From assembly GCF_006345805.1 (NCBI RefSeq), contig NC_043006.1, positions 72,788,001 through 72,852,000 of the forward strand: a stretch of 64,000 bases of DNA, read 5' to 3'. Position numbers and translations under genes: made by a program. Positions 61,364-64,000 of this stretch are shown here, one piece after another. Source of the stretch: Octopus sinensis. Its lineage: Eukaryota. The notes under the pieces are model-generated. The model saw nothing but the letters and a program-made list of their open reading frames with translations. It ran no database searches and was not told the origin of the DNA. How positions within the stretch are numbered: the first letter of the stretch is position 1; every line of letters begins with the position of its first letter.

Positions 61364-62207
61364 TCCTTAATGGATCTTTTTAGAACCAGATGAGTATACT
61401 CGGTCAAAATTAACTTTTAATAAACGAGTTTATTTGTCTTGTGTCATTTCATTTTTGAGTAATCACGAATTTACTCGTGTTGTCATATGCCTGGCACCAG
61501 ATATTCTGGTGCCATTTCAAAGAATTTGTGCTTCTGAGTTTTGAACTTTTACTTCAGTGCATACTCAGATTCAGGAGGAGGTTGATGTCATTTTAGAACC
61601 ATCTCTTTTTGATTGTCTATTATTTATACAAATAAGTGAATTATTTATGCATTTTTTTCTCAAAATGGATGAAGATTTAGATAGATTCAACAATCACGAA
61701 AGTGATTTTTCATTTCACGATCTGGAAAGCTCTGGGGATGAATTAGACATGTGTAGTTCAGGCTCTGACAATTTTTCATAAGATGACAAAGAAGATAATC
61801 AGACAGATGCACGTGCATGGCACAGAATCAATTGCTTGTCCAACTCGAAGAGAAAACAGGTACATGTGTCATGTTTGCAAGATAACTTTGTGTGTAACTC
61901 CTTGTTTTAAAAATTATCATTCTAAATAAACTGTCTCTCATTTTCAAAAAATTTCCCTTTGATTTAAAAGCAATACATCTTATAAAAAATCAAAGATAGT
62001 TAAGTTATATGTATTTTTTCAATGTCCTAGTTAACTCGTTTAAATCCAAATGAGTAAAAGTACATTTTAATTTCTATAATAAAAAATAAAGGAAACAAGA
62101 TAAAAAACTTTTTTTGTAATTAACACAGTGTATATAATTAAAAAGGAAATAAAAATAATATGCTCTGAAATGAAATGCCATGTCAAAATAATTGATCCAT
62201 TAAGGGG
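61364..62207 (+). mobile_element. Internally deleted piggyBac transposon
   Basis: TIRs (T)CCTTAATGGATC / GATCCATTAAGGGG, with TTAA on the right. Acidic N-terminal stub MDEDLDRFNNHESDFSFHDLESSGDELD (from about 61665) and Cys-rich C-terminus CPTRRENRYMCHVCKITLCVTPCFKNYHSK* (61837-61929), typical of piggyBac transposase ends. Confidence 0.85.
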
Positions 62208-62410
62208 TTAATTTAAATCATTTTTAGAATAAGAGGTTTGCATCATAGAACTAAGAGCAGCCTCAGCTTGGTTAGAATCAAATAGGTTGCAGCTGTTTTC
62301 AGAATAACAGCACTGAACCCAAATATTAACTTGAAAACCATATAGAGTAGCTGTGAGATCTGTATGTGGTTAACATGCTTTTACCACTGTTACTGTAGGG
62401 GTTTATATCT

Positions 62411-62709
62411 ATTTTTATTTATGTGCCCTTTTCAAGCCTAGCCAGGCTCATGGGCTCGGTTTCTGTGGCGTATGTTTCTGGACGGGATGCCAGTCTATCG
62501 CAGCGTTACTCATGAAACAGGAAGAAAGAGTGAGAGAAAGTTGGGGTAAAAGAGTACAACAGGGGTCGTCGCCCTCCTCCTGCTGGAGCCTCATGGAGCT
62601 TTTTAGGTGTTTTTGCTCAATAAACACACACAACGCCCGGTCTGGGAATCGAAACTCTGATCATCCGACCGTGAGTCTGCTGCCCTAACCACTGGGCCAT
62701 TGCGCCTCC
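62411..62709 (-). mobile_element. tRNA-derived SINE, family D
   Basis: Reverse complement of 46236-46547; candidate TSD gtttatatct (62401-10, 62712-21). Confidence 0.88.
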
Positions 62710-62959
62710 ATGTTTATATCTGTACACTGTATAATTTACACATCATTACATATAGGTTTTCTTGTTAGCGTATAGGTTTTATACAACGGGAAAACCTATA
62801 CACTGTCTATATATTAGTTTTCTTGTTGGTTTGAGAATCTTTCATTGAACTTGCAGTTGTTTATCTGCATTTGTAAAACTCAGGTTAAAAAGCAACAGTG
62901 AGTTTTTGTTGTTGTTTAACGTCAGTTCTGCCATATGGTAACAAAGCATTCCAGATAAG

Positions 62960-63358
62960 TACTCTCTCTTTTACTTGTTTCAGTCATGTGACTTTGGCCA
63001 TGCTGGAGCATTGCCTTTAGTCGAGCAAATCAACCCCAGGACTTATTCTTTGGAAACCTAGTACTTATTCTATCGGTCTCTTTTACTGAACCGCTATGTT
63101 ACGGGGACATAAACACACCAGCATCGGTTGTCAATCGATGTTGGGGGGGACAAACACAGACACACATACACACATATATATATATACAAATATACGACAG
63201 GCTTCTTTCAGTTTCCATCTACCAAATCCACTCCCAAGGCTTTGGTCGGCCCGAGGCTATAGTAGAAAACACTTGCCGAAGGTGCCACGCAGTGGGACTG
63301 AACCCGGAACCATGTGGTTGGTAAGCAAGCTACTTACCACACAGCCACTCCTATGCCT
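62960..63358 (-). mobile_element. tRNA-derived SINE, family A (full length)
   Basis: Same modules as 51161-51534. Confidence 0.9.
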
Positions 63359-63886
63359 GGACTATATATTTAAAGTGGTCCTTTTTTTGATTTCTATAAC
63401 TAAATTTGTTATTGAGAACTATATCTGGTATTTTAAACTGGAGCTTCTCTTGTGGGAGAGCTTTATTCTTCAATGCGTGCCTCTGGTTTTGTCTCATTCA
63501 TAAACATCGAGTTTCTGTATTCAGACTGTAAAGAGATCTCTCTTTCTTTCTTTGTTTCCCTCCCACTCACTGTTTTGTGCGAAGTAATTTATGTATTGGA
63601 ATGGAAAGAATTCATGTTAGAGTAAACAGGCTTTTAATTATTCAAGATTTACTTGATAAAGGAGAAAACAACAAAAGAAAAAGTTACGTCTAAGTCTTTA
63701 TTTAACTTTCCTGTGTAAGTAATTAGATGATAATGGTAATAATATAATTCTTTCTGATTTTGGCACAAGGCCAGCAATTTTAGGAGAGGGGTGGCAAAGT
63801 CAGCTTTGCTGGGAGTTAAACTTAGAAAAAAGTACCAAGCATTTTTGTCCAATGTGCTAATGATACTGACAGCAACTGCCTTAATA

Positions 63887-63917
<31 letters not shown>

Positions 63918-64000
63918 TAATAATAGTTTCTACTGGAGGCACAAGGCCTCAGATTTGTGGGGAGGGGACTAGTCAATTACATTGTTACTTTCATTTATTG

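Overview
AT-rich eukaryotic (animal) DNA made almost entirely of mobile-element debris and microsatellites. The SINE/MITE repertoire looks like an octopus or other coleoid genome, which is my inference from repeat style and not a database result. I could not identify any host protein-coding exon; the window is probably intronic/intergenic, with a possible CpG-rich promoter region at about 3.3-9 kb. The largest element is a nearly intact RTE-clade LINE on the minus strand (25555-29355; APE endonuclease + RT, one premature stop, one frameshift) with a C4HC3 PHD-type finger inserted inside the RT. The most unusual signal is a 2.7-copy head-to-tail array of a ~590-595 bp unit (35091-36703). Each copy carries a complete type I hammerhead ribozyme on the minus strand, with a palindromic stem III and an unusually long stem II, making it a candidate retrozyme or Penelope pseudo-LTR array. 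Two further unrelated hammerhead motifs lie at 29452-29486 and 56978-57104. Also present: a terminus-complete non-autonomous Helitron (14230-16024), mariner, piggyBac, Penelope and CR1/Jockey-like remnants, TTAA-, TA- and 8-bp-TSD MITEs, many tRNA-derived SINEs and a decayed tRNA-Phe pseudogene. All calls are by eye; no searches or folding programs were run.
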